Source of the DNA: a virus
Lineage: Duplodnaviria > Heunggongvirae > Uroviricota > Caudoviricetes
IMG/VR virus record: IMGVR_UViG_3300035034_003552
Strand: one strand, 5' to 3'
DNA length: 64,000 bases
Both the position numbers and the translations under genes were made by a program. This document shows, one piece after another, positions 61,785 through 64,000 of this stretch (position 1 is the first letter of the stretch; the number at the start of each line of letters is the position of its first letter). The notes beneath the pieces were generated by a model. That model saw only the letters and a list, made by a program, of their open reading frames with translations, was not told the origin of the DNA and did no database searches.

Positions 61785-61839
61785 TGTGATACTACTATTT
61801 TCAAGACAGAAGGTTTATATCCTTCATTTTTTTATAAAT

Positions 61840-62160
61840 TTATGCAGATTTTTTTACAACTGTCTCTCGATTAAGACGGGAGAAGAGCTGATCTTCGTTT
61901 TTTAAATCCGCTATGTGAGCCCTATATTCGAGTTCTGAGGGCATTTTCTTTTTGGTAGACAAGTAATCGTGTGCGTAATCTAAAGCCGTATACATCTCGT
62001 CTAGTAGGACATAATGTGGTTTGTTCTCCTCTGTGTATTCTTCCATACATTCCCTGCTGTCTATATAACCATCTCTATCATGTAGATCATAAACATTCTG
62101 GTTGGGATAAATTGGGCGGCCACAGTGGACACAATCATCTATAGGTACTTGGTTTCTCAT
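61840..62160 (-). CDS. Hypothetical Cys/His-containing small protein.
   Basis: 106 aa; 'CVHCGRPIYPNQNVYDLHDRDGYIDSREC'. Confidence 0.55.
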   Translation of the reverse strand: MRNQVPIDDCVHCGRPIYPNQNVYDLHDRDGYIDSRECMEEYTEENKPHYVLLDEMYTALDYAHDYLSTKKKMPSELEYRAHIADLKNEDQLFSRLNRETVVKKSA

Positions 62161-62171
62161 ATCATTTCCTC

Positions 62172-62627
62172 CTATTTTATCTTTTTGGCTACGGCATAAG
62201 CATCCTCGAATGTATCGTAATTGTCTACAGTACCGTATATATATTTATTGTTTTCTTTTCTGATAGGTCTCTCTACAACAAAAAACGGGTCATGAAAGAG
62301 GATTTTATTCTTTCCAACCTCTAAAGCGCCTTCTTTTAGATTCTTAAACTCATAAGCACTCATCTTAATATAGTTTAATGGAATATTATTTATCTCATAT
62401 CTCAAAAAGAATTCCTGCTCATTTAGGATATAATAAAAAGAAAACCAGCCAAAGATAACAAATAGTACGGTTTTAATAATGTGTATCCTATAAAGGGCAA
62501 CAAAAGCCCCTTCATCTCTTTTCATAGAGGAATAAGTTTTATATACTCTTAGTATCATAAACCCACACCCCATAGAGTAGAGTGTTAAGTATCCGATTAA
62601 AAAATCACTCAATTTATCCACCTCCAA
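62172..62627 (-). CDS. Membrane protein (2 TM) with a C-terminal domain paralogous to that of the adjacent HTH protein.
   Basis: 'FLIGYLTLYSMGCGFMIL', 'IIKTVLFVIFGWFSFYYIL'. The C-terminal 'EFKNLKEGALEVGKNKILFHDPFFVVERPI...YDTFEDAYAVAKKI' aligns with the 62644 C-terminus. Confidence 0.6.
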   Translation of the reverse strand: MEVDKLSDFLIGYLTLYSMGCGFMILRVYKTYSSMKRDEGAFVALYRIHIIKTVLFVIFGWFSFYYILNEQEFFLRYEINNIPLNYIKMSAYEFKNLKEGALEVGKNKILFHDPFFVVERPIRKENNKYIYGTVDNYDTFEDAYAVAKKIK

Positions 62628-62643
62628 TAAAAAAGACTGCTAA

Positions 62644-63171
62644 TTAAATAACCTTAGCAGTCTCTATAGCGTCTTCAAATATATGATAACCTTCATGTGT
62701 TTCATATATATCCACTTCTTTTCTGACTATGCCTTCATCTGTTGATTCGATTCCTTTTTCTACGGTTTCTATATATCTATCAACAACAAAGTATGACTTA
62801 TCACCAGATATTTCATATCTTATTCTATTTTTACCTACTAGAAAAATTCCATCAACTAATTTCTTAAAATTCTCAGCATAATTAAGACTTGGGATTATGG
62901 GTTGATCATCCATAAAATGATTGGGCAAATAACCTGCAGCAACCATCAAATCTATATATTCTAAGCAGGAGTTCTTTGAAATCTGCAACAAGGTCTTTGG
63001 GTTTGGCGGTGTATCTTTCCTGGTATTCATTAATTTTGAGATATAAGTTCTATCAACACCGACCTCATCACAAAACTTTGTTGCAGTTTCGTAATTATCA
63101 ACAGCCTCTTCTAACATTTCTTTTAACATCTCTGGTTTAAACTGAAAGTTTTCAGGTTCCAATAAGATCAC
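62644..63171 (-). CDS. XRE-type helix-turn-helix regulator with a C-terminal domain shared with the 62172 membrane protein.
   Basis: 'ATKFCDEVGVDRTYISKLMNTRKDTPPNPKTLLQISKNSCLEY' (HTH). 'NFKKLVDGIFLVGKNRIRYEISGDKSYFVVDRYI...YETHEGYHIFEDAIETAKVI'. Confidence 0.6.
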   Translation of the reverse strand: MILLEPENFQFKPEMLKEMLEEAVDNYETATKFCDEVGVDRTYISKLMNTRKDTPPNPKTLLQISKNSCLEYIDLMVAAGYLPNHFMDDQPIIPSLNYAENFKKLVDGIFLVGKNRIRYEISGDKSYFVVDRYIETVEKGIESTDEGIVRKEVDIYETHEGYHIFEDAIETAKVI

Positions 63172-63401
63172 ATTCCTTCTTTATATTTTCTCAATATCTT
63201 CAGCATAAATTCCTCTACTGCTTAAAAGTTTAAGTTCTGACATTATAAATTCTTCCGTACTGTCATATCCATATATCTCTTTTTTCTCATTTTATTTTCC
63301 CCACTTATGCTCTGTTAGCCTTCTTGACGCTCCTCGGGGCAAGCCCACAAGGTTTTCTAGTCCCTAACTTCTATAACACCCTTTCTAACCTTAAAATTAA
63401 T

Positions 63402-63563
63402 TTAATCTATCAATACTTCTTCAACCTCTCTTTTATCTACTGCACTAGCAACATTTTTTAAATCCTGAGATAATAAATCAAACTCTTCTTCTGTCATTTC
63501 CCTCTCACAAAACTCATGAGCTCTAGTAAAAAATGTCTGTAATTTCTGTTCTAATTCTCTCAT
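63402..63563 (-). CDS. Small (53 aa) acidic hypothetical protein. The ORF-track version 63402..63656 probably starts too far upstream.
   Basis: Minus-strand 'aggagagataat' + ATG at 63563, preceded by a consensus promoter. Confidence 0.45.
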   Translation of the reverse strand: MRELEQKLQTFFTRAHEFCEREMTEEEFDLLSQDLKNVASAVDKREVEEVLID

Positions 63564-63627
63564 ATTATCTCTCCTAATTAGTTTTTTTTGTGGCGCTTTT
63601 TTCTTTGTTTTCTGTCTCACTGTTACC

Positions 63628-63656
63628 AGTATAGCACTTATATTATACCATGTCAA
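63628..63656 (-). promoter_or_regulatory. Consensus promoter on the minus strand (TTGACA-17-TATACT).
   Basis: Minus-strand 'ttgacatggtataatataagtgctatact' (plus 63628-63656). Confidence 0.55.
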
Positions 63657-63694
63657 GTAAAATTTAAAATTAATTTATTTTATTTTATTTTTTA

Positions 63695-63737
63695 TCAGGC
63701 CTCTTTTACAAGGCCTGATTTTTTTAATTATTTTTTG
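63695..63737. terminator. Hairpin 'caggcctcttttacaaggcctg' flanked by A/T tracts; bidirectional terminator-like element downstream of the 63728 gene.
   Basis: 7-bp stem. T7 follows on the plus strand and an A-run precedes it on the minus-strand reading. Confidence 0.45.
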
Positions 63738-63994
63738 TCAATATCAATTATATAATCTTTGTTATCTAATACATTCAAAACGAATCTCAAATTATTTTTT
63801 GAGTTATTAACTTCAGTCGCGTAAAAGTCATTACCTTGCTTTAGAATTTCAATGATACTTTCAGCTGTTACATTGCCTCTTTTTTTCTTTTCTGTAAGTG
63901 CTTCGCACTTCTCTATTATCATCCACTTTTCTTGTCTTTTTTCTCTTTTATTCTCCTCAACAAGTTTAATTAATTCTTTTCTTTTAATCATCAA
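63728..63994 (-). CDS. Hypothetical basic/acidic small protein.
   Basis: 88 aa; the start is at the window edge (TTG/ATG). Confidence 0.45.
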   Translation of the reverse strand: MMIKRKELIKLVEENKREKRQEKWMIIEKCEALTEKKKRGNVTAESIIEILKQGNDFYATEVNNSKNNLRFVLNVLDNKDYIIDIDKK

Positions 63995-64000
63995 AAACCA

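Noticed and set aside
63280-63370. GC-richer segment 'ccacttatgctctgttagccttcttgacgctcctcggggcaagcccacaaggttttctag' upstream of the HTH regulator gene, considered as a riboswitch or tRNA fragment.
   Set aside because: Only a short hairpin (gggc-tt-gccc), no recognisable riboswitch or tRNA features, and too short to judge. It is treated as ordinary 5' UTR/promoter DNA.

Overview
The window is AT-rich and reads as a contiguous stretch of a tailed-phage or prophage genome from a low-GC Gram-positive host. Nearly every gene has a strong AGGAGG-type Shine-Dalgarno site, which fits that host type. No rRNA, tRNA, CRISPR array or transposase was recognised. Plus-strand layout, left to right: (i) 1-29 kb is a very large tail / host-recognition module. 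It starts with a gene truncated at the window edge that encodes a propeller plus Ig-like giant protein. This is followed by a vWA/MIDAS protein, FN3/Ig-like repeat proteins, coiled-coil fibers, a 1442-aa Ig-repeat protein and a 1266-aa cadherin-like adhesin. A set of paralogous tail fibers follows; they share an N-terminal PPxG(Y/H)FNWFW adaptor motif and recurring HxHDxRYY histidine repeats. One of these fibers carries a canonical phage tail-collar domain. (ii) 29.3-37.9 kb holds a staphylococcal-nuclease-like thermonuclease followed by five tandem paralogs of an unknown family. These share a conserved N-terminal domain, and two carry glycine-zipper hydrophobic segments. (iii) 37.9-40.1 kb is a lysis cassette of holin-like membrane proteins and an Amidase_3 endolysin, ending in a strong terminator. 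(iv) 40.2-58.8 kb opens with a perfect consensus sigma-A-type promoter and is a replication, recombination and nucleotide-metabolism module. It contains a Rad52/Sak-like single-strand-annealing protein with an Asn/Ser-rich tail, an AEP primase-polymerase with PriCT-1, a minus-strand Xer-like tyrosine recombinase next to a dif-like site, a DnaB-C-like helicase, a ThyX-like protein, two Cas4-like PD-(D/E)XK nucleases, RuvC, a sigma factor, an SPFH/band-7 lipoprotein, a DUF2829 (Tad2-like) small protein, and a class II (NrdJ-type) ribonucleotide reductase. A ferredoxin-thioredoxin-reductase-like CPC/CPC/CHC miniprotein is translationally coupled to the reductase. (v) After convergent terminators, 58.9-64.0 kb is a minus-strand block. 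It holds small proteins, a PadR regulator, a secreted PD40-type beta-propeller protein, and an XRE-HTH protein and a membrane protein that share a C-terminal domain. All functional calls rest on motif recognition by eye. No database search was run.
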